29,270 nucleotides of DNA from an uncultured Hyphomicrobiaceae bacterium (GCA_964632265.1 CAZWCL010000001.1:1-29270), one strand, 5' to 3'; positions 8,701-18,089 are shown, counted from the first letter of the stretch. Notes: generated from the sequence alone by a model not told the origin. A program made the numbers and translations.

Positions 8701-8939
8701 TGCTCGTCATCATCGCGGGCCTTCTACCAATCTTCTTTACCGACGGCATCGGCTCAGACGTGATGCGGCGCATTGCTCTGCCGATGGTCGGCGGCATGAC
8801 GTCGACAACCGTGCTCACGCTGATCGTCATTCCGGTTATCTATTATCTTTGGGAAAGCCGGCGTTTCAGACCGACCGGCGCCGCGCAAGAACCAACACCT
8901 GAACCGCCACCAGATCCGGTCCTTCAACCGGCTGAATGA
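5706..8939 (+). CDS. cusA: CusA-type heavy-metal efflux RND transporter (Cu+/Ag+)
   Basis: PLDAIPDLTDTQVII, GPDATGVGWVFQY, GAMVDASIVMVEN, RVRPKLMT. The three Met positions of the E. coli CusA metal site appear retained (LLYMPTT, PISMIET, RMDMIST). Confidence 0.95.
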   Translation: MATDPQSDNGTGHDIAGHDPTLSGVAKIIDWSVRNQLLVIMGALALIVAGWMSLKQTPLDAIPDLTDTQVIIRTEFSGQSPQIVEDLVTYPLSTAMLGLPKTKSVRGFSMFGTSFVYVIFQDGVDQYWARSRVIEALSTTGANLPANASPRIGPDATGVGWVFQYGLVDKTGKRDLAELRSLQDWFVKFELATVPGVSEVASVGGFVKEYQVLVDPNRLRAYNVPLDRIISAIKSASGEVGGRVIEQAETELIVRSTGYIQTLEQLGDVVVFSENGTPVKLDDIARLVEGPELRRGVVELNGEGEVVGGIVVMRSGANALTVIEGIKSKLEEIKQGLPEGVEFVTVYDRAPLIEGAVKYLEHKLLEEALVVFLVCLIFLLHARSALVAIITLPLGILGAFIVMAQQGITANIMSLGGIAIAIGAMVDASIVMVENAHRKLSDMGDEATPDERREALLISAKEVGPGLFFSLLIITASFLPVFALTGQSFKLFAPLAYTKTYAMAFASVLSITVVPVLMLWLIRGKIRGEMANPINWVFVQLYRPIIWLALKARWLTIALSLLVLASVAYPLSKIGTEFMPALYEGELLYMPTTLPGVSISKAKEVLAQTNRLIKTVPEVERVFGKVGRADTATDPAPISMIETWVRLKPKEEWRDGMNVQDLVKELDQRTKLPGLVNSWGYPIKTRMDMISTGIRTPIGVKISGGDLKEIERIALQLEGAIKDIPGTRSVFADRVVGGKYLEIKPDRRELARRNIDLATFQSVIQTALGGMRLAESVQGRERYNIMLRYDRPFRETPEQLAEVLIPTPTGQHIPLGELATIEVTDGPPMLRSENARLTGWVFVDITGRDIGTYVAEAEKVVREQITLPSGYAITWSGQFEQMIEARERLSIAIPTAILIIFVLLMLHFGRFDRTAIIMLSLPFGLIGGLWAVYLAGYNMSVAVAVGFIALGGIAVETAVVMLLYIDQRVREFPPKSRQELLDAIIAGAVQRVRPKLMTVLVIIAGLLPIFFTDGIGSDVMRRIALPMVGGMTSTTVLTLIVIPVIYYLWESRRFRPTGAAQEPTPEPPPDPVLQPAE

Positions 8940-8940
8940 G

Positions 8941-8983
8941 TTCGCTTTCGGATGAAAGCGAAGCCGCCCGCTCGCGGGCTTTG
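8941..8983 (+). terminator. Tandem hairpins between cusA and cusF (terminator, attenuator or mRNA-processing element)
   Basis: TTCGCTTTC-ggat-GAAAGCGAA (8941-8962, perfect 9 bp), then GCCCG-ctcg-CGGGC (8966-8979) followed by TTTG. Confidence 0.4.
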
Positions 8984-9027
8984 TCTCGGGCCTCACGTTC
9001 AAACGAACAAGCCCATCCAAAACGGAG

Positions 9028-9402
9028 ATGAATGAGATGAACATCATCAAGTTTCCAGCATTCGCTGCCACGGTCCTTGCCGCAGGCCTGTTCGGGCTCA
9101 CGCCAGCTCTTGGCCAGGACAAAAAGGAGATGGACCACGGCTCCATGAAGATGGAAGCGCCTGCTGGCGTCACAGAAGCTGAAGCGAAGGGCAAGATCAA
9201 TTCGGTCGATACCGAGGGCGGAAAGGTCAACGTGACCCACGACCCGGTCCCGACAATCGGTTGGCCCAAGATGACCATGGACCTGCCCGTCACGCGCCGA
9301 GTCGATCTTTCGACCGTGAAACCCGGTACGGAGGTGACCTTCAAGCTCAAGAAGGGCCGCGACAACCAGTTTCGCATCATTGAAATCACGCCGGCACGGT
9401 AA
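9028..9402 (+). CDS. cusF: CusF-family periplasmic Cu/Ag metallochaperone
   Basis: Signal peptide, Met/His-rich N-terminus, and VTHDPVPTIGWPKMTMD carrying the H..W..M.M ligand set. GGAG RBS. Confidence 0.92.
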   Translation: MNEMNIIKFPAFAATVLAAGLFGLTPALGQDKKEMDHGSMKMEAPAGVTEAEAKGKINSVDTEGGKVNVTHDPVPTIGWPKMTMDLPVTRRVDLSTVKPGTEVTFKLKKGRDNQFRIIEITPAR

Positions 9403-9639
9403 GTCCCTGCCGGTTCCCGGTCGCGACTGCTCATGGCGTGGCCGGGAACCTGGTGCCGACGCGAAACCGAACCGACCGGTTGAAACAGCTCAACTGATGC
9501 ACAGCGCCAATGTAATCCTTGCGGCCTCGGTTGAGCAGCGTTTGACTGATATCAATGCTTGGCTCTTGTTTCGCCGGTAGCGTTCATTGAAAGTAAAATG
9601 CCGAAACGGAATTGCTGGCCCGACTGGGCAAGAGGCTTC

Positions 9640-10650
9640 ATGCGGTGGGACTTGAAACTGGTCGCTCTCGGTGCGGCAATCTTGCTGGTCGCTGGTTTTC
9701 TCATCTTTGGCACTGCCGAAGATCAGGACGTGCCTGACGGGATTTCCTACGGCAACGGGCGGATCGAGGCGGTGCAGATCGATGTCTCGACGAAGATTGG
9801 AGGCCGCGTCGCGCACGTCTTCAAGGCTGAAGGCGATCTGGTCAAACCCAAAGAAAAGCTGGCGGAAATAGAATCGTCACAGCTCCGCGCTCAACTTCAG
9901 CGCGCCGAAGCGGAAATAGCGAGTGCCAGGAGTCAGGTCGCCCAGGCCGAGGCGCAGGTTGCCCAGGTCGAGGCCCAACTGAAGCTTGCAGAACGCGAAC
10001 TGGCTCGCGCGCAAAAGTTGGTCAGCCAAGGTCACACCAGTCAGGAAGTCTACGATACACGACTGAGCCAACGCGATGTTGCCCTCGCAAACCTTGCTGC
10101 GGCCAAGGCCATCGTCGTCTCGCGCAAGCGTGGTGTTGATGCGGCCTTGGCGGCCAAGGCCGAATTGCAAACCCAGATCGACGATACGGTCTTGATCTCG
10201 CCAACGGTTGGGCGCGTGCTGTTTCGCCTCACTGAGCCGGGAGAGGTGATACCTGCCGGCGGCAAGGTTGTCACGTTGGTCAATCTCGCCGACGTCTACA
10301 TGGAGATTTTCCTACCGGCGGGAGCGGCTCACCGGCTCGCGATCGGTTCCGAAGCTCGAATAGTTGTTGACGGGGCAGACTTTGCGGTGCCGGCGACCGT
10401 CTCGTTCGTTTCCCCTCAGGCACAGTTCACACCGAAGCAGGTAGAGACGCGGGATGAGCGTGAGAAGCTGATGTTTCGCGTGAAGGTTCGCGTGCCGCCG
10501 GACTTGGTCCATGAGCACATAGATTTCGTCAAGACCGGCATTCGCGGCGTGGCCTACGTGCGTCCGGGTCAAAATCCGCCACCCTGGCCCGCGTGGCTCG
10601 AGAGGCGTTTCCAGACGCCGGAAAGGGCAGCTGAAGGGGCGCAGTCGTGA
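9640..10650 (+). CDS. HlyD/YhiI-family membrane fusion protein of an ABC exporter
   Basis: N-terminal TM, GNGRIEA..IDVSTKIGGRV, coiled coil, VSPQAQFTPKQVETRDEREKLMFRVKV. GAGG before ATG 9640 (track start 9559). Confidence 0.88.
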   Translation: MRWDLKLVALGAAILLVAGFLIFGTAEDQDVPDGISYGNGRIEAVQIDVSTKIGGRVAHVFKAEGDLVKPKEKLAEIESSQLRAQLQRAEAEIASARSQVAQAEAQVAQVEAQLKLAERELARAQKLVSQGHTSQEVYDTRLSQRDVALANLAAAKAIVVSRKRGVDAALAAKAELQTQIDDTVLISPTVGRVLFRLTEPGEVIPAGGKVVTLVNLADVYMEIFLPAGAAHRLAIGSEARIVVDGADFAVPATVSFVSPQAQFTPKQVETRDEREKLMFRVKVRVPPDLVHEHIDFVKTGIRGVAYVRPGQNPPPWPAWLERRFQTPERAAEGAQS

Positions 10651-13415
10651 ATACGAATGCATCCGAGCCCGTCGTTCGAACGCGCGGCCTCTCCCACCGG
10701 TATGGCAATACACTCGCCGTGAACAACGTAGAGATCGAACTCCCGCGTGGATTAGCAGTTGGCCTGATCGGACCGGACGGGGTGGGCAAGTCGACGCTGA
10801 TGGGGCTTATTGCCGGGGCTCGCCGCCTCCAGCAGGGTGGCCTCCAGGTGCTTGGCGCCGACCTGGCCTCAAGTAAAGATCGTTACCGCCTATGCCCGCG
10901 CATCGCCTACATGCCGCAAGGTCTCGGTAAAAACCTTTATGCCGATCTGAGCATCCGCGAAAATCTCGACTTCTTCGGACGACTTTTCGGTCAGGGCAAG
11001 ACCGAGCGGAGGCAACGGATCGAACGCCTGACCCAGGCTACAGGGCTGCATCCATTCCTGGGGCGGCCGGCCGGCAAGCTGTCGGGGGGCATGAAGCAAA
11101 AGCTTGGGCTTTGCTGTGCCCTGATCCACGATCCTGATCTGCTCATTCTCGACGAACCGACCACCGGCGTCGATCCCCTGTCGCGTCGCCAGTTCTGGAC
11201 GCTGATTTCTACAATCCGCGAGGAACGGCCCGACATGAGCGTGCTGGTCTCGACGGCCTATATGGACGAGGCGACTGAGTTCGACTGGTTGATCGCAATG
11301 AACGATGGCTGCGTGATCGGAACCGGCGAACCAAAAGACTTAATGACCCGCACCGGCACCGATGATCTCGAATCAGCATACGTGGCGCTGCTGCCGGAGG
11401 GGGCAGGACGCGGTCAGAAATCGCTGGAGTTGCCGCCACGCACACATCAGGATGGCGGCCCCGTAATCACGGCGACCAACCTCACCCGCCGTTTTGGCGA
11501 TTTTACCGCTGTCTCGAAGGTCGATCTGACGATAGAGCGTGGCGAAATCTTCGGGTTCCTCGGCTCCAATGGCTGCGGCAAGACCACAACGATGAAGATG
11601 CTGACGGGACTGCTGCCACCGAGTGACGGTAAGGCCTATCTCTTCGGCAAGGAAGCCGATGCCGGCAGCATCGAGATGCGCCGCCGCGTCGGCTACATGT
11701 CGCAATCTTTCTCCCTCTATGGCGAACTGACGGTGCGCCAGAACTTCGAGTTGCACGTCCGGCTATTTCATCTGCCGGCGGATGCGGCGGTCGAACGCAT
11801 CCGAGAATTGGCGGATCGGTTCGACCTCACGAAGCACATGAACGACGTGTCCGGCCGCTTGTCGCTCGGCCAGCGCCAACGCATGTCGCTTGCAATTGCC
11901 ATCCTGCACCGCCCCGAAATGCTGATACTCGACGAGCCGACATCTGGTGTCGACCCGATTGCACGCGACCGCTTCTGGGAACTGCTGATCGAACTGTCTC
12001 GCGAGGAAAACGTTACAATTTTCATTTCAACGCACTTCATGAACGAGGCTATGCGTTGCGACCGCATCTCTCTCATGCATGCGGGCGAAGTGTTGGCAAT
12101 GGGGGCGCCTCGCGAACTCATCGAAAAGCGTGGTGCTGCTTCGCTCGAAGATGCATTCATCGACTACATGAGCGATGCAATCGCCGACCCAGCAGAGGCA
12201 GGGGAGAAAGATCTCCAGGTCGCGGTGGCGCCGGCAATCCAGGCAGGCGTCGTGGGTAAGGAGACGGCTCCCGGACCGCGAGCCGTCGGGCTCGATACAC
12301 GCCGTATGCTTGCCTACAGCTACCGCGAAACAATGGAGGTGCTGCGTGATCCCGTCCGGCTGGGCTTCGCCTTCATCGGCAGCACAATTTTGCTATTCAT
12401 CTTCAGCTACGGCATCACCACCGACGTCGACCGTTTGCGGTTCGCGGTTCTCGACGGCGATCGCAGTCCGATGAGCCGTGCCTACATCGCGCAGTTTGGC
12501 GGATCGCAATATTTCGAAGGCAGGCGGCTCGCAACAAACGAAGCCGAACTGGCGAGACTTCTGGCGACACATGCTGTGGAAGTTGCAGTCGAGATACCAC
12601 CGGCCTTTGGCCGGGATATCTCGCGTGGCGGCAGGCCGACCGTCTCGATATGGGTCGATGGCGCCAACACCACACGGGCTGCGAGTATGGTGTCTTATGT
12701 CCAGGGCGTACACGATCGCTTTCTCGCAAAGCGGGACAACGAGACCCGCCTGACCGCTCGGGGCGATCCGTCAGTCTCAATCGAGATGCGCTTTTTGTAT
12801 AATCCGTCATTCGAGAGCATCTATGCGGTCGCTCCGGGCGTCCCCGCGATGCTGTTGATCCTATTTCCGGCGATCCTTATGGCCGTCAGCGTCGCGCGTG
12901 AGAAAGAGATCGGCACGATTACAAACTTCTACGTAACGCCGACTCGGCGCCTTGAATTTCTGGTCGGCAAGCAGTTGCCCTATATCGCCCTGACGATGGT
13001 CAATTTCGCCATCATGACGACTGCGGTGGTTGTGATCATTGGCGTGCCGTTCAAAGGCAGCCTCGTGAGCCTGACGATTGGTGCGTTGCTTTATGCGATC
13101 GTTACAACCGGCGTCGGTCTCGTGATTGCTACATTCGTCTCTAGCCAAGTCGCCGCCGTGTTCGCCGCCGCGATCATTACAATGATGCCGACCATGCAAT
13201 TCTCGGGGTTTCTGCAGCCGGTCTCAGCCCTTGAAGGCGGCGCGCGCGTGATGGGCATGTTGTGGCCGACTACGTACTACATGCACATGAGTGTGGGCGC
13301 CGTCACCAAGGGGCTCGGCATCGCCGACCTGGCCGGCGATATGTTGGCGCTTGCCGCATTCATCCCCGTCTTCCTCTCCATCGCCATCATTGGCCTTCGC
13401 ACGCAGGAGCGCTGA
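10647..13415 (+). CDS. rbbA: RbbA-type protein: two ABC ATPase domains plus an ABC-2 permease
   Basis: GPDGVGKST/LSGGMKQK/LILDEP and GSNGCGKTT/LSLGQRQR/LILDEP, followed by a multi-TM region with REKEIGTITNFYVTP. GTG start overlaps the previous stop. Confidence 0.9.
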   Translation: MNTNASEPVVRTRGLSHRYGNTLAVNNVEIELPRGLAVGLIGPDGVGKSTLMGLIAGARRLQQGGLQVLGADLASSKDRYRLCPRIAYMPQGLGKNLYADLSIRENLDFFGRLFGQGKTERRQRIERLTQATGLHPFLGRPAGKLSGGMKQKLGLCCALIHDPDLLILDEPTTGVDPLSRRQFWTLISTIREERPDMSVLVSTAYMDEATEFDWLIAMNDGCVIGTGEPKDLMTRTGTDDLESAYVALLPEGAGRGQKSLELPPRTHQDGGPVITATNLTRRFGDFTAVSKVDLTIERGEIFGFLGSNGCGKTTTMKMLTGLLPPSDGKAYLFGKEADAGSIEMRRRVGYMSQSFSLYGELTVRQNFELHVRLFHLPADAAVERIRELADRFDLTKHMNDVSGRLSLGQRQRMSLAIAILHRPEMLILDEPTSGVDPIARDRFWELLIELSREENVTIFISTHFMNEAMRCDRISLMHAGEVLAMGAPRELIEKRGAASLEDAFIDYMSDAIADPAEAGEKDLQVAVAPAIQAGVVGKETAPGPRAVGLDTRRMLAYSYRETMEVLRDPVRLGFAFIGSTILLFIFSYGITTDVDRLRFAVLDGDRSPMSRAYIAQFGGSQYFEGRRLATNEAELARLLATHAVEVAVEIPPAFGRDISRGGRPTVSIWVDGANTTRAASMVSYVQGVHDRFLAKRDNETRLTARGDPSVSIEMRFLYNPSFESIYAVAPGVPAMLLILFPAILMAVSVAREKEIGTITNFYVTPTRRLEFLVGKQLPYIALTMVNFAIMTTAVVVIIGVPFKGSLVSLTIGALLYAIVTTGVGLVIATFVSSQVAAVFAAAIITMMPTMQFSGFLQPVSALEGGARVMGMLWPTTYYMHMSVGAVTKGLGIADLAGDMLALAAFIPVFLSIAIIGLRTQER

Positions 13416-13417
13416 TC

Positions 13418-14545
13418 GTGTGGCGACGCGTCTCGAACATCTATTGGCTTGGCACCAAGGAGGTGCGTAGTGCACTTAGGGACGGCGTGATGGTGTTTCT
13501 GATCCTCTGGGCGTTTGGGCCGGGTATTACGGAACGGTCACGTGCGCTCAAAGACAATGTCAGCAACGCCAGCGTAGCATTCGTCGATGAGGATCGCTCG
13601 GCCCTGTCACGAAGCTTGATGCGGGCCGTGCTGCCACCACACTTCCAGCCAGCGGTTCTAATCGAAGCGGACGAGATAGATGAGGCCGTCGACCAGAGCC
13701 GCTTCACATTCGTCATCGTCATTCCACCCCGGTTCGAGGCTCAAATCCGCAAGGGCCTGAAACCCGAAATCCAGCTCAATATCGATGCAACGGCAATCAT
13801 CCAGGCAGCCACCGGGGCTGGCTATCTGCAGCAGATCTTGGTCAAGGAAGTCGCACGCCATGTTGCGCGGTCGGATCCGGTCAGCGTCACGGCAGTGGAT
13901 CTGGTAACGCGGCGAGCCTTCAATCCGAACGGCAATCACATCTGGTTTCAGGCTGTTGTTGCCTTACTGGATCAGATCTCTACGTTGACGATCGCGCTTA
14001 CGGGGGCGGCGCTTCTGCGCGAGCGTGAGCATGGTACGATCGAACACTTGCTAGTCATGCCGTTATCCGCCTTCGAGATCGCAATGGCGAAAGTACTCGC
14101 CAGCGGGCTCATTATCCTTATAGCATTTTCCGTCTCTCTAACTTTTATTGTTGAGACTTGGCTCGGCGTACCGATTGCCGGTTCGCGGTTGCTATTGATC
14201 TTCGGCACAATTCTTTATTTGTTTTCCGCGGCCGCGATCGGCGTATTTCTTGGCACGATCGCGCGCACGATGGCGCAGTTCGCTTTGCTGCTCTTGATGG
14301 TGATCATGCCAATGATGATGCTTTCCGGCGGCATGACACCGATAGAAAGCCAGCCCGAGTGGTTACAACCGCTGACCAATTTCCTGCCGTCGCGCCACTA
14401 TATGTCGTTTGCGCAGGCGATCGTCTTTCGCGGCGCCGGGCTCGACATCGTGTGGCGGGAATTTCTCGCGGTTGCCGTGCTAGGCGGGATCTTCCTGGCG
14501 AGTAGCATCTTACTCTTCCGCCGCTCGATTAGCGTTGGCCGGTGA
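13418..14545 (+). CDS. YhhJ-type ABC-2 permease
   Basis: VSNIYWLGTKEVRS, LLREREHGTIEHLLVMP, MLSGGMTPIESQP, six predicted TMs. Real start is probably GTG 13418, as track start 13262 overlaps rbbA. Confidence 0.88.
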   Translation: MWRRVSNIYWLGTKEVRSALRDGVMVFLILWAFGPGITERSRALKDNVSNASVAFVDEDRSALSRSLMRAVLPPHFQPAVLIEADEIDEAVDQSRFTFVIVIPPRFEAQIRKGLKPEIQLNIDATAIIQAATGAGYLQQILVKEVARHVARSDPVSVTAVDLVTRRAFNPNGNHIWFQAVVALLDQISTLTIALTGAALLREREHGTIEHLLVMPLSAFEIAMAKVLASGLIILIAFSVSLTFIVETWLGVPIAGSRLLLIFGTILYLFSAAAIGVFLGTIARTMAQFALLLLMVIMPMMMLSGGMTPIESQPEWLQPLTNFLPSRHYMSFAQAIVFRGAGLDIVWREFLAVAVLGGIFLASSILLFRRSISVGR

Positions 14546-14675
14546 ACGAATGATCACACTCAGAAACCGGATGATCCAGCCGATGATCATTTTCGATGCC
14601 CTTACGGTTTGATCCGGCCTGGGGCAGATGCCATCGTCCTCCGAAGCCTCTTGTTGCTATCTCCGGAGAGAGCAG

Positions 14676-14963
14676 ATGGAACGAACTGTCGTGATGAAGC
14701 CAACAGATAATGTTGCCACCTGCCTTGTTGATCTCAAGGCTGGCGATGTTGAACAGATACGTGTTGGCGACACGACGACGACCATCGCGATCAAGGATGA
14801 CATTCCGTTTGGACACAAGGTTGCACTTGCCGATGTCGAACCCGGTGAGCACGTGATCAAATATGCGGAAGTGATTGGTGCCGCCTCACAGGCAATCACC
14901 AGAGGCGAACACGTTCATGTCCACAACGTTGAGAGCATCCGGGCACGCGGAGACAAGTCATGA
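14676..14963 (+). CDS. UxaA-family small subunit (SAF domain; altronate dehydratase / SuyA-like)
   Basis: DNVAT, DIPFGHKVAL, VIKYAEVIG.A...I..GEHVHVHNV. GGAGAG RBS before ATG 14676. Confidence 0.88.
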   Translation: MERTVVMKPTDNVATCLVDLKAGDVEQIRVGDTTTTIAIKDDIPFGHKVALADVEPGEHVIKYAEVIGAASQAITRGEHVHVHNVESIRARGDKS

Positions 14964-16114
14964 CGGGATTTTACGGCTACAAAAGACCTGACGGCAGCGT
15001 AGGCGTTCGCAACATCGTTGCAGTTATTTCGGCTATGGATAATACCAATCCGTGCGCACACCGTATTGCCGATATCATTCCCGAGGCCCAAGCAATCACG
15101 ACGCCGTTCGGGCGTACGCAGATCGGGCATGACTTCGAAGTCACGCTTCGCACACTCGCCGGTATTGGCCGCCATCCCAATGTCGCCGCTGTGCTTGTCC
15201 TTGGGCTCAGCCTTGCATCGGCAAATGAGCTTGCAGGCCGGATCAGACCATCGGGAAAGCCGGTCGAAGTGCTGGGCCTGCAAGAAGCCGGCAATACCAT
15301 GGCCCTGACCGCCGACGGCGCAAGAATTGCGGCAGATCTCGTCGTGGCAGCCTCGACCCAGTCGCGTGAGCCTTGTCAATTCTCTGATCTTGTTATCGCC
15401 GTTGAGTGCGGTGGCTCTGATACGACTTCAGGTCTCGCCGGTAATCCGACAGTCGGGTTGTTCGCCGATCGCTTCATTGATGCGGGTGGCACAATCGTCC
15501 TCTCGGAACCAGCGGAATTCATGGGCGGCGAACACATACTGTCCGAACGTGCCGTCGACCCCGAAGACGGCAAGCGGATACTCGAAATGGTCAAGTGGTT
15601 TGAGGATGAAGCGATCCGCAACGGCGTGGACATGCGTGGCACGAACCCGACGCCTGACAACATCGCCGGCGGCCTGACAACTTTGGAGGAAAAATCGCTT
15701 GGCGCCATAGCCAAGGGCGGTTCGCGACCCGTTGTCGAGGTCGTCGAGTACTCTGAAAAGCCGAGCAAGCAGGGACTGGTGATCATGAACACACCGTCTG
15801 CTGCTTGCGAGTCGATGACCGGGTTACTCGGCGGCGGTTCGCACATGATCATCTTTTCGACGGGACGGGGCAACAGTATCGGCTCACCGATCTCACCAAC
15901 CGTCAAATTAACGGGCAATCCGAATACCGCCATCTCAATGAAAGACAACATGGACGTCGATGTCAGTGCCGTAGTGACGAGAGGTCTGCCGCTCGACGCG
16001 GCCGCGGACGATCTCTGGAACGACATGGTTGCCTTTGCACAGGGCAAGCTCACCCGGAGTGAGGTCTGGAAAGAAGAGCAACTCTCGGTCAGTCGATTTG
16101 GGCCTTCGGTTTGA
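14960..16114 (+). CDS. UxaA-family large subunit (hydro-lyase / sulfo-lyase SuyB-like)
   Basis: GYKRPDGSVGVRN, HPNVAAVLVLGL, ECGGSDTTSG, NPTPDNIAGGLTTLEEKSLGAIAKGG, FSTGRG. ATGA overlap with the small subunit. Confidence 0.88.
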   Translation: MTGFYGYKRPDGSVGVRNIVAVISAMDNTNPCAHRIADIIPEAQAITTPFGRTQIGHDFEVTLRTLAGIGRHPNVAAVLVLGLSLASANELAGRIRPSGKPVEVLGLQEAGNTMALTADGARIAADLVVAASTQSREPCQFSDLVIAVECGGSDTTSGLAGNPTVGLFADRFIDAGGTIVLSEPAEFMGGEHILSERAVDPEDGKRILEMVKWFEDEAIRNGVDMRGTNPTPDNIAGGLTTLEEKSLGAIAKGGSRPVVEVVEYSEKPSKQGLVIMNTPSAACESMTGLLGGGSHMIIFSTGRGNSIGSPISPTVKLTGNPNTAISMKDNMDVDVSAVVTRGLPLDAAADDLWNDMVAFAQGKLTRSEVWKEEQLSVSRFGPSV

Positions 16115-16115
16115 G

Positions 16116-17126
16116 ATGTCTGAACTCGGCCTTTCCCTGCTAGAGCTGCATGCCTTGGCTGCGCGCATCCTGATCGCGCACGACACAAGCGCTACGAATG
16201 CCGAATGCGTAGCTCGCGCGATCGTGCTTGCCGAGGCCGATGGACAAGTCGGTCATGGGGCATCCCGCTTGCCGTCCTACGCGGCCCAGGCGAAGAGTGG
16301 CAAGGTGAATGGTCACGCGACACCTGTGGCCGAGTTGGTCCGGCCGGCCGGTGTCCGCATAGATGCACGTGCCGGCTTTGCCTACCCGGCGCTGCAACTC
16401 GCAATCGAACACGTTTGCGAGTTGGCACCACGTCTCGGCATCGCGGCGGCCGCGGTTGCGAATTCACATCACTCCGGCGTGGCCGGTCATCATGTCGAAG
16501 CTGTCGCAAACAAAGGACTTATCGGCCTCTTCTTCAGCAACGGCCCCGTCGCAATCGCGCCGTGGGGTGGCAGCAAAGGTGTGTTCAGTACCAACCCCCT
16601 CGCCTTCGCCGCTCCGCGGAAGGGGCATGATCCGTTGGTCATCGACATGAGCCTTTCGAAAGTCGCACGCGGCAAGATCAATGTGGCAGCCCAGCGAGGA
16701 GAAGCAATTCCGGAGGGATGGGCCCTCGATGCGAGTGGCAAGCCGACAACCGATGCGGCCTCTGCGCTTGAGGGTACGATGCTCCCCATGGGTGATGCCA
16801 AGGGAGCACAACTCGTCTTGATGATCGAGATCCTCGCGGCGGCCCTGACTGCATCGCATTTCGGATATGAGGCAGACTCGTTCTTTACCGGAGCGGGCGA
16901 CCAACCATTAGTGGGGCATACCCTGCTTGCCATTGAGCCCAATGCCTTTTCACAGAACCAATTTGCCGAACGCCTTGAAGCTCTTCTGACCACGATTTTG
17001 TCGCAGCAGGGAACACGTCTTCCCGGCGCGCGGCGGTATTACAATCGAAGGCAGGCTGAAGCCAAAGGCATCATCATCTCACCGCCGCTCTCCGAGCAGC
17101 TGCGAACTCTTGATTCGGTCGAATAG
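16116..17126 (+). CDS. Ldh_2 (malate/L-lactate/sulfolactate dehydrogenase) family oxidoreductase, ComC-like
   Basis: AEADGQVGHGASRL, IDARAGFAYPA, NSHHSG, GVFSTNPLAFAAP, IDMSLSKVARGKI, GDAKGAQL, RLPG. ATG lies 1 nt after the upstream stop. Confidence 0.9.
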   Translation: MSELGLSLLELHALAARILIAHDTSATNAECVARAIVLAEADGQVGHGASRLPSYAAQAKSGKVNGHATPVAELVRPAGVRIDARAGFAYPALQLAIEHVCELAPRLGIAAAAVANSHHSGVAGHHVEAVANKGLIGLFFSNGPVAIAPWGGSKGVFSTNPLAFAAPRKGHDPLVIDMSLSKVARGKINVAAQRGEAIPEGWALDASGKPTTDAASALEGTMLPMGDAKGAQLVLMIEILAAALTASHFGYEADSFFTGAGDQPLVGHTLLAIEPNAFSQNQFAERLEALLTTILSQQGTRLPGARRYYNRRQAEAKGIIISPPLSEQLRTLDSVE

Positions 17127-17236
17127 GGACGACAGCCTTTTCCGACGACCATTGAACCGCGCCGGTAGCGACGTCACGTCCGCCAAGGTCGGCGGTTTGC
17201 ACCTGCTGCAGGCAACTCTATGAGTGTCGTCACCCC

Positions 17237-17261
17237 GGAACCACCGGCGGCGGGGATTGTT
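17237..17261 (+). promoter_or_regulatory. Putative EcfG (sigmaT/RpoE2) general-stress promoter
   Basis: GGAAC-N16-TGTT, intergenic, ~155 nt upstream of the SRPBCC gene. Confidence 0.55.
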
Positions 17262-17415
17262 GCCGTGCGAATTGGCGACGCGCAGGCATTTTCTCTGGTG
17301 ATCGTCGGGAGGTGGCGACTATGCCCTGAAATCGCATCGTTGCGTCGATCCTCGAGCCTGAAGCCTGAAGACTGGAGCCTCGAGCTTCATGCAGTCTTGA
17401 AGGAAAGCATTGGGC

Positions 17416-18084
17416 ATGACCAGACACATCGGAAACGAGCGGGGTCACTCGAATGGAATCGGTGGCGTGCCAACATCGGCAATTGCGTTGGCCCTTATTG
17501 CCGGCTTCTCCATTTATGGCTACGCAGCCCTCCTGAACCGGCGCAAGGGGCGGCCGCCCGACAGCGCGCCGGCGCGCACCCGCCGTGGCCTCAGCAGTTT
17601 TGGCGGATATAAGGTCGTTGGCCGTACCGTTCTCATTAATCGACCGCGCCAGGAGCTCTACGATTATTGGCGGCGCTTTGAGAACCTGTCGCATTTCATG
17701 GAGAACATCGAGCGTGTGAAGCCGTCCGGCAACGAGCGCCATGTCTGGACCGTCAAGGCGCCTGCCGGGAGCCGTGTCGAGATCGAGACCGAGATTACGG
17801 CCGATCATCCGGGGGAGCATATTTCGTGGCGTTCAGTGGCGGGCTCGGACGTCGAAACCAAAGGGCGGGTAAGCTTTCGCGAGGCTCCGGAAGGCCGTGG
17901 CACCTATGTCGAGGCGATCATTGCCTACAAGCCACCGGCCGGCCAGCTCGGTCACTTCATTGCAAAGCTCTTCCAGCGCGAGCCCTCCATTCAAGGCCGG
18001 CGCGAACTTAAGCGTTTCAAGATGCTGATGGAGACGGGTGAGATAGCAAACAGCAGCAACCGCAATTACCACGGACAGGAGTAA
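17416..18084 (+). CDS. SRPBCC (polyketide cyclase/START-like) family protein
   Basis: [75 protein letters not shown]. Alternative TTG start at 17410. Confidence 0.88.
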   Translation: MTRHIGNERGHSNGIGGVPTSAIALALIAGFSIYGYAALLNRRKGRPPDSAPARTRRGLSSFGGYKVVGRTVLINRPRQELYDYWRRFENLSHFMENIERVKPSGNERHVWTVKAPAGSRVEIETEITADHPGEHISWRSVAGSDVETKGRVSFREAPEGRGTYVEAIIAYKPPAGQLGHFIAKLFQREPSIQGRRELKRFKMLMETGEIANSSNRNYHGQE

Positions 18085-18089
18085 TCAAG

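Noticed and set aside
1-9402. Functional link between PQQ synthesis and copper efflux
   Set aside because: Only adjacency; the cus unit has its own promoter at 3204-3234.
9445-9482. GGAAC at 9445 as an EcfG promoter for the HlyD-rbbA module
   Set aside because: No GTT at N16-17 spacing.
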